A DNA stretch of 64,000 bases from Thermoproteota archaeon (GCA_036422215.1 JAYZAG010000008.1:2842-66841); one strand, 5' to 3'. Shown: positions 8,886-18,488, counted from the first letter of the stretch. The notes: generated by a model from the letters alone, not told the origin. Program-made: numbers and translations.

Positions 8886-10046
8886 ATGATGCGTAAAGTA
8901 GGCCTCTTGAGCGCCGCATCAACTAAGTATGGTAAGATGCCTTACACTGCAAGAGATCTTGCTCTGTTAGCTGCAAAAGAAGCAATTGAAAATGCAAATA
9001 TAAATCCAAATGCAATTCAAGGAGCATTTGTTGCAAATGCATTTAGTGTCTCTGAAAAACAGGGACATTTAGGACCTTTAATTATGAGTGGATTGGGAAT
9101 CCCTGATGTACCTGCAACTAGTATAGAATCTGCTTGTTGTAGTGGTGGTTCTGCCTTTCGTGAAGCTTATGTTAATATTTTATCCGGAATGTATGATGTG
9201 ATGCTTGTTATAGGCACAGAAAAAGTTAGTCATTTGGATACACTTACCGCAACTACTTACTTTTCATATGGAGGGGATTATCTTTTTGAAGGAAATTGTG
9301 GCGCATCTTTTCCAGGATTATATGCTACAATGGCTCGTGCACACATGGAAAAATATGGAACTACAGAAGAGGATTTGGCCAACATTGCTGTCAAAAACCA
9401 TCTTAATGGATTATTAAATGATAAAGCACATCTACGAAAGGAAATTTCTGTACAAGATGTTTTGGATTCAGCAATGGTTGCTCACCCACTGAAACTTTAT
9501 GATAGTTGCCCATTTTCTGATGGTGCCGCCGCAGTTGTTTTAGCAAGCGATGAGTGGATCAAGAAAAATAATTTGCACAGTCCTGTTTTTGTTAAAGGTT
9601 CAGGAAGAGCAGGTGGAGCTGGTTCACTTCATTCTCGATCTGATTTAACTAGTTTGCGTTCCACCAAACTTGCAGCTGAATCAGCTTTCAAACAAGCTAA
9701 TTTAAAAATTACAGATATAGATATTGCAGAAGTACATGATTGTTTTACTATTGCAGAACTAATTGCTATTGAAGATTTGGGATTCTTTGAAAAAGGTAAA
9801 GCTGCACAAGCAATATCTGAAGACAGAACAAAAATAAATGCCGATATTCCAATAAATTCTTCTGGAGGTCTAAAATCAAAAGGTCATCCAGTAGGCACCA
9901 CAGGAATAGGTCAAATCACTGAAATTTTTGATCAACTTACAGATAATGCAGGAAAAAGACAAAATAAAAATTCGGAAATAGGTTTAACACATAATGTAGG
10001 TGCTACAGGAGGTAGTTGCGCTGTCCACATCTTCGAACGAGAATGA
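8886..10046 (+). CDS. acetyl-CoA C-acetyltransferase (archaeal thiolase)
   Basis: ESACCSGGSAF (active-site Cys), EVHDCFT, NSSGGLKSKGHPVG and NVGATGGS. ATG 8886 is preferred over TTG 8871. Confidence 0.9.
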   Translation: MMRKVGLLSAASTKYGKMPYTARDLALLAAKEAIENANINPNAIQGAFVANAFSVSEKQGHLGPLIMSGLGIPDVPATSIESACCSGGSAFREAYVNILSGMYDVMLVIGTEKVSHLDTLTATTYFSYGGDYLFEGNCGASFPGLYATMARAHMEKYGTTEEDLANIAVKNHLNGLLNDKAHLRKEISVQDVLDSAMVAHPLKLYDSCPFSDGAAAVVLASDEWIKKNNLHSPVFVKGSGRAGGAGSLHSRSDLTSLRSTKLAAESAFKQANLKITDIDIAEVHDCFTIAELIAIEDLGFFEKGKAAQAISEDRTKINADIPINSSGGLKSKGHPVGTTGIGQITEIFDQLTDNAGKRQNKNSEIGLTHNVGATGGSCAVHIFERE

Positions 10047-10431
10047 AAATCACGAATCACTGTTAACTCCAGATGTATCTCAGGCCATAAGAGATGGTAC
10101 AATAACGGGGTATGAATGTAATGCTTGCAATACTAAAGGATTAAACATACAAGTATATTGCCCAAACTGTCATAGTTCAAAAATAAACAAGATTGTAATT
10201 GATGGTGTTGGAAAAATAATTTCTTACACTATTCAAACCATTGCACCTGATCCATTCATAAATGAAGTACCATATGCATGGGCGGTAATAGAACTAGACT
10301 GTGGCGTGACAACTACTGGTTGGATTCCATTCATATCAAACCCTCATGATCTCGCAATCGGAGAAATCGTCAAATTGACAAAATCTTATAAATCTGGCAT
10401 GGTTTTCGAGAAAGTACAAGAAAAACTCTAA
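10000..10431 (+). CDS. DUF35 OB-fold / rubredoxin-like Zn-ribbon protein (thiolase partner)
   Basis: CNACNTKG...CPNCHS Zn-ribbon followed by an OB-fold-like region. The only in-frame start is GTG 10000, giving a 47-nt overlap with the thiolase gene. Confidence 0.8.
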   Translation: MLQEVVALSTSSNENENHESLLTPDVSQAIRDGTITGYECNACNTKGLNIQVYCPNCHSSKINKIVIDGVGKIISYTIQTIAPDPFINEVPYAWAVIELDCGVTTTGWIPFISNPHDLAIGEIVKLTKSYKSGMVFEKVQEKL

Positions 10432-10463
10432 ATTGTTTTTTCTCGTAATATGATGTGATAAAA

Positions 10464-11441
10464 ATGGTCCTGTTTGTAAAACGCGTTGGTGTATTAGGCG
10501 GAGGTGTAATGGGCAGTCAGATTGCTGACATTATGGCACTGAATGGAAAAGAAGTTATAATTCGTGATATTTCTGAAGAACTTGTTAATAATTCATATTC
10601 GCAAATTGAAAAAAACTTGAATGATCTTGTTACTTTTCATTTAGAAAGAGCTGATAAAGAAATTACAAGAATTGAAAAAACTGACGGAATTAAACTTACT
10701 GACGACCAAAAATCAACAATAAAAGAAACTCTCAAGCCTAAATTTAACCAAAAAATGAAGGAAGAAACTTTAGCACGTGTTAAAACTACCACTGATATAG
10801 ATGATTTCAAAGATGTTGATTTAGTTATTGAAGCAATTGTTGAAAACATTGAAATAAAGAAGAAAGTATTTGCAGAACTTGACGAAAAAACTCCAAACCA
10901 TGCCATTCTTGCCAGCAATACTTCATCATTATCAATTACTGAAATGGCATCTGCTACAAAACGACAAGAACGTGTAATTGGAATTCACTTTTTTAATCCT
11001 CCTATTGCTTTACCACTTGTTGAAATAATACCAGGTCTTGAAACTAGTGAAGAGACTGTTAATGATATCATTGATTTCATGTCATCAATAAGAAACCACC
11101 GATATCCACTACAACCAATTAAAGTCAAAGAAGTTCCAGGATTTCTTGTAAATAGAGTATTGTTTGCTATGTTGAATGAAGCATTTAGTGCTTATGATGA
11201 AGGTGTTGCCTCGATGAGAGATATAGATCTCGCAATGAAAGCGGGGGCAGGGATGCCGATGGGACCGTTTGAACTTGCGGATCTTGTTGGAATAGATGTT
11301 ATCTACAATGTAGAACAAGAAGTTAGAAAAATGGTTGGAGGAAACACACTTAGAGAACCATCTCAAGCTCTTCGGAAAATGTTTCATGCGGGTAGATATG
11401 GCCAAAAGACTAAGAAGGGATTCTACACATATAATAAGTGA
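10464..11441 (+). CDS. 3-hydroxyacyl-CoA (3-hydroxybutyryl-CoA) dehydrogenase
   Basis: VGVLGGGVMGSQIA Rossmann motif, ASNTSSLSIT, IGIHFFNPP and PGFLVNR. Confidence 0.9.
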   Translation: MVLFVKRVGVLGGGVMGSQIADIMALNGKEVIIRDISEELVNNSYSQIEKNLNDLVTFHLERADKEITRIEKTDGIKLTDDQKSTIKETLKPKFNQKMKEETLARVKTTTDIDDFKDVDLVIEAIVENIEIKKKVFAELDEKTPNHAILASNTSSLSITEMASATKRQERVIGIHFFNPPIALPLVEIIPGLETSEETVNDIIDFMSSIRNHRYPLQPIKVKEVPGFLVNRVLFAMLNEAFSAYDEGVASMRDIDLAMKAGAGMPMGPFELADLVGIDVIYNVEQEVRKMVGGNTLREPSQALRKMFHAGRYGQKTKKGFYTYNK

Positions 11442-11447
11442 TATATT

Positions 11448-12239
11448 ATGTCTTCAAATGAACTTGTTCGAATTGATATTGACGAGAATATAGCTATTTT
11501 ATCCATTGATCATCCACCAGTTAATGCTTTGAACTCTGATGTATTGAATGCTTTAGATAAAGCAATTGATGAATTAGAAAAAAATGAAACTATATTTGGA
11601 GTTGTTGTAACAGGTGGAGGTAATAATGCGTTTTGTGCTGGCGCTGATATAAAATCTTTTGCAACTATAACTGATCCAAAAGATCTAATGGCAGTTCTTA
11701 GTTTAGGACAACAAGTTTTTTCAAAATTGGCTAATTTTTCCAAACCTGTTATTGCCGCAATTAATGGAGCAGCATATGGTGGAGGCAACGAACTTGCATT
11801 GGCATGTGATATACGAATCTCTTCTGATAGAGCAAGATATTCACAACCTGAAGTAAATCTTGGTTTGATACCTGCTTGGGGTGGAACCCAAAGACTAAGC
11901 AGAATTGTAGGCACATCTAAAGCTAAAGAATTAATATTTACCGGCCAATTTGTCACAGCTCAAGAAGCCTATAGGATCGGAATGGTAAACAAAGTTGTAC
12001 CTGATGGCGAGGAAGTTAGAGCTGCATCAGACACTATACGACAAATTGCTTCACGTGCAGCACCTTTAGCTCTCTCTGCAGCTAAACACTCGATCAATCA
12101 AGGAAATGACGATCTATCTATTGAAGAAGGATTGAAACTAGAACGTGATGCAATGGAAAAACTTGTTGGAACTGAGGATATACAGGAAGGAATTAGTGCA
12201 TTCCAAGAGAAAAGACAGCCAAAATATAAAGGAAAATAA
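11448..12239 (+). CDS. enoyl-CoA hydratase / crotonase
   Basis: FCAGADI, AAINGAAYGGGNELALACD and PEVNLGLIPAWGGTQRL. Confidence 0.9.
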   Translation: MSSNELVRIDIDENIAILSIDHPPVNALNSDVLNALDKAIDELEKNETIFGVVVTGGGNNAFCAGADIKSFATITDPKDLMAVLSLGQQVFSKLANFSKPVIAAINGAAYGGGNELALACDIRISSDRARYSQPEVNLGLIPAWGGTQRLSRIVGTSKAKELIFTGQFVTAQEAYRIGMVNKVVPDGEEVRAASDTIRQIASRAAPLALSAAKHSINQGNDDLSIEEGLKLERDAMEKLVGTEDIQEGISAFQEKRQPKYKGK

Positions 12240-12275
12240 TAAATAATTACAACCATTTTATTTCATTGATGTAAA

Positions 12276-12554
12276 TTGACCGAAATTATTGTCGAAACAC
12301 TTTCTTCATCCAGTGGAGGCGCCATATTCGAAGTCACTGTCAGAGATGAAGCTGGACAGAGTAAACATAAAGTACGTATGCCTCATGCATATCATCAAAA
12401 ACTTGCACAAGACAAAACTCCTGAAGAGTTCATAAAAAAATCATTTGAATTCCTTCTTTCGCGTGAATCTAAGGAATCTATATTAGCTGAGTTTGATTTA
12501 CCTAGAATTTCATCATATTTTCCTGACTATGAACAGGAAATACAAAAAAGCTAA
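12276..12554 (+). CDS. hypothetical protein
   Basis: 92-aa ORF with a TTG start and no recognised motif. Confidence 0.45.
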   Translation: MTEIIVETLSSSSGGAIFEVTVRDEAGQSKHKVRMPHAYHQKLAQDKTPEEFIKKSFEFLLSRESKESILAEFDLPRISSYFPDYEQEIQKS

Positions 12555-12560
12555 TTGTAA

Positions 12561-13184
12561 CTAACCTCTTCCAATTTTTATTGCATCATCAGGAATTTGT
12601 TCAATCAGATTTTCTATTTCTTCCTCTGAATCATTTCCATAATATACTAATATTTTATCAAAAGGTCCGAGTTTGTGTTCTGCAGGATTATCTATTTGAT
12701 CTCCATTTATGTATACTTTGAATTCTTTATCGTCTTGATTTCTGTATGTCTTTCCACTTTGCATAACTATGAAATCATTTCCTATTTCCATATCTAATTC
12801 CTTAAAAACGAAACCTAATGTTGCATCGCTTGCATGTTGATGAAGTACAGGAGGATCAGGATCCCCATGAAAATGAATATAGCCACCTTTGTTGGCATAT
12901 TCTGGTAATGAAAAATTAATTGCCTCTCCATCAATCACTGCAAATATATCTTGATGTTCGTGAACTGATCCTGGCGGACCTACTGAAGGACCTGTAATTG
13001 CTGCATAAGCTATTAGACCCACAATTACTATTATTACAGAAATAATTACGCCATATCTTGAATATTTTTTAATAGATTTACTTCTTTCCCTTGCCTTTTT
13101 TCTTTCTAATCGACGTTCTTCTTTTTCTCTTTTTTTACGTCTTTTTTCTTCCTCTGCACTCACAAAGAAGAACATAAAGAACAA
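12561..13184 (-). CDS. membrane-anchored hypothetical protein with His-rich extracytoplasmic domain
   Basis: K/R/E-rich N-terminal tail, one TM segment, then HEHQDIF...HFHGDPDPPVLHQH. Confidence 0.5.
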   Translation of the reverse strand: MFFMFFFVSAEEEKRRKKREKEERRLERKKARERSKSIKKYSRYGVIISVIIVIVGLIAYAAITGPSVGPPGSVHEHQDIFAVIDGEAINFSLPEYANKGGYIHFHGDPDPPVLHQHASDATLGFVFKELDMEIGNDFIVMQSGKTYRNQDDKEFKVYINGDQIDNPAEHKLGPFDKILVYYGNDSEEEIENLIEQIPDDAIKIGRG

Positions 13185-13202
13185 AGATATAAATCTACAT
13201 AA

Positions 13203-13739
13203 TTATTCTTTAAATATTCTCACTGTATAGCTCCTTATTTCAGGTTTGTTACTTCCATCGTGATCTATTTCGAATATTATCACTGATCTGTCTTGATTAA
13301 TGTTGTTAATTTTGATTAATGTTGTATTGAATCCTATATCATATTTTATAGAGATTGTCCTCCCTGCACCTAATTTATCTATTTTGACATATTCCTTTTC
13401 ATAAAATACTTTAGAATCTCCAAATGTTTTTTCCACTTTTTCAAAGTTATACCAAGCATTTTCTGGTGCATGTTCGAGTTTAATCTGTATATTATTCACG
13501 TCAGTTTTTCCAAGATTAGCTATTCTCACCACAAATGATTCATTCAATAATTTTGTGTCTGTATTATAACTAGTTCTATATTCGAAAACCCTTTCATCTA
13601 TTTGTCCATTCAATTCTGCATCTACACTTACTATTATTGATGTATCTTCTCTATCTTGAAATTTATAATACAAACTTCCTCCTCCTAGAAGAACTACTAT
13701 TAATCCCACACTTACTGCTAATCTTAATGTATTTACCAT
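13203..13739 (-). CDS. N-terminally anchored hypothetical protein
   Basis: 178 aa. Has one N-terminal TM/signal segment, and the remainder looks beta-rich. Confidence 0.5.
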   Translation of the reverse strand: MVNTLRLAVSVGLIVVLLGGGSLYYKFQDREDTSIIVSVDAELNGQIDERVFEYRTSYNTDTKLLNESFVVRIANLGKTDVNNIQIKLEHAPENAWYNFEKVEKTFGDSKVFYEKEYVKIDKLGAGRTISIKYDIGFNTTLIKINNINQDRSVIIFEIDHDGSNKPEIRSYTVRIFKE

Positions 13740-13799
13740 CCTACTACAATAAACCTAAAAATCAATTCTATTTATAAATACAGAAGTTAGAATATTTTT

Positions 13800-14243
13800 G
13801 TGGACTTTAATTACAAAATTATAGCGCCTTTATTAGCTGTTATCATTATTGGCACAATCATATTCTTTCCTTCAGCTGACGATGTTATGGAGAATACACA
13901 AGATGATATAAATTCACCGCCTAATGTAATTGACCAAAACGCAGACGATGTTACTGAAGTTCGAGAACCAAAACAGTTTGTTGTTAAATCAATTAATCGC
14001 AAACAATTCACTCCCGATGTAATACAAATCCATGTTGGGGATACAATATTATGGGAAAATCCTGATGTAGAACCCCACAGTGTAAGCAGTTCAAATCACA
14101 CTAAAACTGGTGAATTGTATTTCAACGAATTAGTATACCCCGGAGAAACTTTTTCATACACTTTTACTGATCCTGGCACATACTTCTATGGCTGCACTAT
14201 AAAATATCATGGAATGTATGGAATAATTAGAGTTCAAAAATAA
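13800..14243 (+). CDS. cupredoxin (plastocyanin-like blue copper protein), membrane anchored
   Basis: N-terminal TM segment. Candidate type-1 Cu ligands are His in EPHSV and Cys/His/Met in GCTIKYHGMYG. Confidence 0.7.
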   Translation: MDFNYKIIAPLLAVIIIGTIIFFPSADDVMENTQDDINSPPNVIDQNADDVTEVREPKQFVVKSINRKQFTPDVIQIHVGDTILWENPDVEPHSVSSSNHTKTGELYFNELVYPGETFSYTFTDPGTYFYGCTIKYHGMYGIIRVQK

Positions 14244-14257
14244 ACTATGAAGTTAAA

Positions 14258-15475
14258 TTGTTAACAAATTTTAATTGGATAAACAACGAAGTCAAATTCA
14301 TCCTGGCTGGACTCACGATTAGAAGTTTCATATTGGGATACATGACTGTCATATATGGAATATATTTGAGTATTCTAGGTTTTGGTGCAGTCGATATAGG
14401 ATTGATTTTGACTGTTTCAAGTATTGCTAATACATTTTTCATGGGTGGTGTTACGTTTTTTACTGATAAATATGGTAAAAATAAAATTTTTTCATTTCTA
14501 GGCCTTTTGGCATGTGTATCCTCTCTAATTCTTGCTTTTACTGATAATATAACAATAATTTTAATTCTAAGCTTTACAGGTGTTGCTGTTATAGGCGCAA
14601 GTGGAATGGTAGGTGGTGGAGGACCATTTAATATTTTACAACAAGCAATGCTTGCAGATAACGTACCATCCAAAAAACGAAACTCTATATTTGGAATTAG
14701 CTATTTTTTGGGAGTTACAGGAGCTGCGTTCGGAGCTCTTCTAGTTGGATTACCATCTTTGTTAGTAAATTATTTCGAATATGATAGTATCTCTGCATAT
14801 TCCTACTTGTTTATTCTAACCTCTCTGTTGGTGGTATTGATGACTTTTCTTGTAAACAAAGTTAAAGAAAAACATGTTAAAAGAAAAATAACAATTCGTA
14901 GAAAATCAAATAAATTAATTACAAAATATTCTGTATTACAGACTGCAGATGGATTTGGTACTGCTTTAGTTGTGGGAAATATACTTTCATATTGGTTTTT
15001 TGTTAGGTTTAATGTTTCACCTGAACAAATTGCTTTACTCTTCGCACTAGCTAATATATTATCTGCATTTTCATTCCTGTTTGCTAATAGACTCGCAAAG
15101 CGATTTGGAGCAGTTAATGCAGTATTGTTCAGCCATTTACCTTCGAATTTATTGGTTTTATTGATTCCATTTATGCCCAGCTTTATGTGGGCTGCAATAA
15201 TCTATTTATTCAAATCATCAATTGATAAAATTGACATTCCGTTACGCTCTGCTTATTTGATGGGAGTTGTAGACAAAGAAGATCGCGTATTTGCTGCAGG
15301 ACTTTCCGGTATTTCACGAAGACTTCCTGCGTCTTTTGGACCAGCAGTAACAGGTTACTTCATTCAACTAACTTCTTTTGCTTCTCCTTTTGTAATTTCT
15401 GCGTTTCTACAAAGTGTTAATGATATTGGGTTTTATTATTTCTTTAAGGATGTAAAACCGCCTGAAGAGAAATAA
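14258..15475 (+). CDS. MFS transporter
   Basis: 405 aa with about 12 TM segments in two halves separated by a basic loop (KHVKRKITIRRKSNK). Confidence 0.8.
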   Translation: MLTNFNWINNEVKFILAGLTIRSFILGYMTVIYGIYLSILGFGAVDIGLILTVSSIANTFFMGGVTFFTDKYGKNKIFSFLGLLACVSSLILAFTDNITIILILSFTGVAVIGASGMVGGGGPFNILQQAMLADNVPSKKRNSIFGISYFLGVTGAAFGALLVGLPSLLVNYFEYDSISAYSYLFILTSLLVVLMTFLVNKVKEKHVKRKITIRRKSNKLITKYSVLQTADGFGTALVVGNILSYWFFVRFNVSPEQIALLFALANILSAFSFLFANRLAKRFGAVNAVLFSHLPSNLLVLLIPFMPSFMWAAIIYLFKSSIDKIDIPLRSAYLMGVVDKEDRVFAAGLSGISRRLPASFGPAVTGYFIQLTSFASPFVISAFLQSVNDIGFYYFFKDVKPPEEK

Positions 15476-15485
15476 TATTTTGAAA

Positions 15486-15731
15486 TTAAAGATATTTGTT
15501 GCAATCATAACACCAAGTAAAATGACCATCTGAAACTGGATATGATTTTATTATTGGATGATTCATTTCTTTTGCATGCTGCCTTCCGTGAGAATTCCCT
15601 GATTCACAACAGCCTATTTTTCCACATGTAACACACATTCGTAAACTAGTACTGATTTCACATTCTGAACACCGTTCTACATTTGTTGTTTCTATTGGTG
15701 ATTCTGGGAAATGTTGACATTTCTCTGACAT
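15486..15731 (-). CDS. stand-alone UBP-type zinc-finger protein
   Basis: CSECEISTSLRMCVTCGKIGCCESGNSHGRQHAKEMNHPII....WCYDCNKY matches the Cys/His spacing of the ZnF-UBP domain. Confidence 0.75.
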   Translation of the reverse strand: MSEKCQHFPESPIETTNVERCSECEISTSLRMCVTCGKIGCCESGNSHGRQHAKEMNHPIIKSYPVSDGHFTWCYDCNKYL

Positions 15732-15765
15732 AATATTATTGATAATTATTATGAGAAAATTTAAC

Positions 15766-15773
15766 TTTTTATA
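15766..15773 (+). promoter_or_regulatory. candidate TATA box for tRNA-Glu
   Basis: TTTTTATA ends 24 nt upstream of the tRNA 5' end. Confidence 0.3.
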
Positions 15774-15797
15774 GACGCAAAATAATCATTCAAAAGA

Positions 15798-15872
15798 GCT
15801 CCGATCGTCTAGCTCGGCCAAGGATGTCGGATTTTCGATCCGACGACACGGGTTCAAATCCCGTTCGGAGCA
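15798..15872 (+). tRNA. tRNA-Glu (anticodon UUC)
   Basis: Acceptor GCTCCGA/TCGGAGC+A, anticodon arm TCGGA-TTTTCGA-TCCGA, T arm ACGGG-TTCAAAT-CCCGT. 75 nt, no intron. Confidence 0.9.
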
Positions 15873-16285
15873 TTATTAATTTTTTCAATCAATTCATCTA
15901 CTTTACTCTTTATCTTTTCCCTCGTTTCCCTAAATTCTTCGATGGATCCATTTGATGGATTTTCTAATCTCCAATCATCAATTTTATCTACAAAAATTGC
16001 AGGGCAGAAATCATTTTCCATGCAACCCATGTTAATTATTATATTTGCATCTTCAATCATGGTATCGTTTAATGCTATTGGTTTGTTATTTATTTCAATT
16101 CCAATTTCTTGTAGGACTAATTTTGCGAACGAATGTACTTCATTTGAAGGATTTATGCCTGCACTTTTTGCTATTGCATTAATATTTTTAGATCTTATTT
16201 CTTCATTGAATATGGCTTCCGCCATCTTACTTCTGGCTGAATTATGAACACAAACAAATAAAACTAACTGTTTGCCGCTAGTCAT
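15854..16285 (-). CDS. arsC: low-molecular-weight phosphatase family protein, arsenate reductase (ArsC, thioredoxin-type)-like
   Basis: CVHNSARS P-loop (C-x5-R-S) plus a downstream GCMENDFC cysteine pair with ArsC-like spacing. The last 19 nt overlap tRNA-Glu on the opposite strand. Confidence 0.7.
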   Translation of the reverse strand: MTSGKQLVLFVCVHNSARSKMAEAIFNEEIRSKNINAIAKSAGINPSNEVHSFAKLVLQEIGIEINNKPIALNDTMIEDANIIINMGCMENDFCPAIFVDKIDDWRLENPSNGSIEEFRETREKIKSKVDELIEKINNAPNGI

Positions 16286-16311
16286 CTAATCTTTTTTAAC
16301 AGTACGCTAAA

Positions 16312-17214
16312 TTAAACTTTTGTGAGTATATTAGCACCATTTTCTGTTGGTGTAAACGTATGTTCAAATTGACAAACAGTGTATCCATTTGCCTCAACTA
16401 AATCTGGATATGCGGTAATTATTCTCTTTTTAACTAATGTATCGAGTATTTCTTTTATTTCTACTTTCGAATATTGATCTACATACCACCTTGGAGAAAA
16501 TGGAAGAGTTTTTCTTGTATTCCATATTCGATCAACAAATTCATCTGCTTTTTTATCACCTGATCGTTTTCTTGTAATAAGTGAAAAAATTGTATTTGGC
16601 TTTCCATTAACCACATATCCTGCACCATTTGTGTCTGTCAAAAAAGGTTCAATTGCATATATTGATCCTTCTTTAAGCTGTGGACCTTCTGCTGACCAAA
16701 CATTTGGTATTGAAACACCTGAGTGAACTACGTATCTATCTATTGAATGACCTGATAGATTTTTTATTGTTTGAAATCCCCATCTTGAAGCTGTATCTTC
16801 TATGATCTTTCCAATTTCTCCAACTCTAACTCCTATCTTTGCAGCACTCAATGCTTGATTTAGAGCATCTTCTGTTGCTTTTTTTAATTGTTCATAATCA
16901 TAATTGTATGAAATTGTTATAGCTGTATCTGCCAGATACCCATCTATATGTGCTCCAATATCTAATTTTATTACATCACCGTCTTGTATTATTCTTGTTT
17001 CATCTAATTCTGCACTATGGTGTGCTGTAGTACTGTTTACAGAAACTCCTGATGGAAATCCTGGTTCTGCACCCATTTTTCTAAATTCATTTTCCACCTC
17101 TTCGCAAATATCAAAAATATTCATTCCAATCAAATCTTTTCTTGCAAATGAATCTCTAACTTGAGCCGTGATTTTTCCAGCTTTAATAGATTCTGATGGA
17201 ATTTTCTCACTCAT
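16312..17214 (-). CDS. map: methionine aminopeptidase, type 2 (archaeal)
   Basis: Pita-bread metal ligands in context: DVIKLDIGAHIDGY, SGHSI, YAIEPF and the C-terminal FEHT. Confidence 0.9.
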   Translation of the reverse strand: MSEKIPSESIKAGKITAQVRDSFARKDLIGMNIFDICEEVENEFRKMGAEPGFPSGVSVNSTTAHHSAELDETRIIQDGDVIKLDIGAHIDGYLADTAITISYNYDYEQLKKATEDALNQALSAAKIGVRVGEIGKIIEDTASRWGFQTIKNLSGHSIDRYVVHSGVSIPNVWSAEGPQLKEGSIYAIEPFLTDTNGAGYVVNGKPNTIFSLITRKRSGDKKADEFVDRIWNTRKTLPFSPRWYVDQYSKVEIKEILDTLVKKRIITAYPDLVEANGYTVCQFEHTFTPTENGANILTKV

Positions 17215-17267
17215 TGACTTGATTATATGTTTCTAATGATAATATAATTGTATCTAAATTAGCCTTA

Positions 17268-18293
17268 TTATTCTACTGTGAAATTCATCACTACTTCTGC
17301 CACATCTGCTGAATAATCAGATGTTCTTCGTATATGCTCTAATACGTTCCTTAGGTGATATAGTTCTTTGTAACTTAAGCCACTTGCATTAGCCAATATA
17401 GTCTCTTCCTTTTGTTGCATTTTCGTTGCGTTCTTTACAACTTCATCTGCTTTCTTATAGTCTTTCTTAAACATTGATTCAACTGCATCATCTAATATTT
17501 TGATTGAAAATTCACTGAGTTCTTTAATCTGTTTATTTAATTTTGAATTAAAACCCTTAGGCATCTCTACTATTTCTTTTCCTATCATAGTGGCATGATC
17601 TGAAATTCTTTCTATACTTTTTACCACGATTCTATATCCAAGACACAGTTTCTTGTTGTCTAATCCTATTTCTCTTATGTCTACGTTGTTATTCATTCCA
17701 TATTCAAGTTGTCTAACCGCATACAATCCGAAACGATCTACTTCATCATCTGATTTTATTATTTCCACTGCCCATTCTTTATTGAAATTAATTAATGCAG
17801 TAATGGCATTTTTGTGTAGATCTTTTGATATTATGTACATTCTTCTTATTGTGTTTTTTAAATTTAATTCACTTGGGTTAAGCAAAACTTGAATTGAAAT
17901 GTGATCAAGCGAATCCTCTATAATTTCTGTCCCTACTAATTTCATTCTAACAAAATTCTTTATTTCTTCTCTCTGTTTTGGAGAAAGATTTTTTGGCTTA
18001 ATCTTAAGATTTATTATATTATATCCTGATAAATATACTGACACTAGTTTTCTAATCATAAACCCAACATTTTCATTTGCATTAAAAACTACAGTCATTT
18101 CTTTTTTATTTTCTTCTTTAGTGTCTATGTCCGTGCTAACACTCAGTGAATTATCACCTAATTGTTTTACATGAACTTGGTCTCCTGCACTTAATCCCAT
18201 TTCATCAATCCATTTTTTAGGAAGTGCTAACATAAATGATGATTTACCTGAATATTGTATTTTTCTAAATTCATTTTTCCATTCTTTCATCAT
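17268..18293 (-). CDS. PhoU-domain regulator with N-terminal AbrB/SpoVT-like domain
   Basis: SSFMLALPKKWIDEMGLSAGDQV (AbrB-like) followed by two PhoU-like helical repeats. The internal ATG at 18293 is preferred over 18323. Confidence 0.8.
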   Translation of the reverse strand: MMKEWKNEFRKIQYSGKSSFMLALPKKWIDEMGLSAGDQVHVKQLGDNSLSVSTDIDTKEENKKEMTVVFNANENVGFMIRKLVSVYLSGYNIINLKIKPKNLSPKQREEIKNFVRMKLVGTEIIEDSLDHISIQVLLNPSELNLKNTIRRMYIISKDLHKNAITALINFNKEWAVEIIKSDDEVDRFGLYAVRQLEYGMNNNVDIREIGLDNKKLCLGYRIVVKSIERISDHATMIGKEIVEMPKGFNSKLNKQIKELSEFSIKILDDAVESMFKKDYKKADEVVKNATKMQQKEETILANASGLSYKELYHLRNVLEHIRRTSDYSADVAEVVMNFTVE

Positions 18294-18488
18294 TCTGTTA
18301 TTTGTTGACAACCATATATGCATATATGTTTAGTATGGAATGAATATGTTTTGTATTTTTTATATATATATTTCAGTTGCGGAGTTAAATCTATATTACT
18401 ACAATAAACAATTTATTGCGAGGTATTCATCAATTTCAAAGTTCAACATCAATAAAACTCTAAATGGTTTCAATCAATATCTACATTA

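Noticed and set aside
18361-18370. A (TA)5 run lies in the divergent PhoU/PPAT intergenic region.
   Set aside because: It is most simply a TATA-like element or low-complexity AT sequence. It is too short to call a microsatellite or a specific regulatory site.
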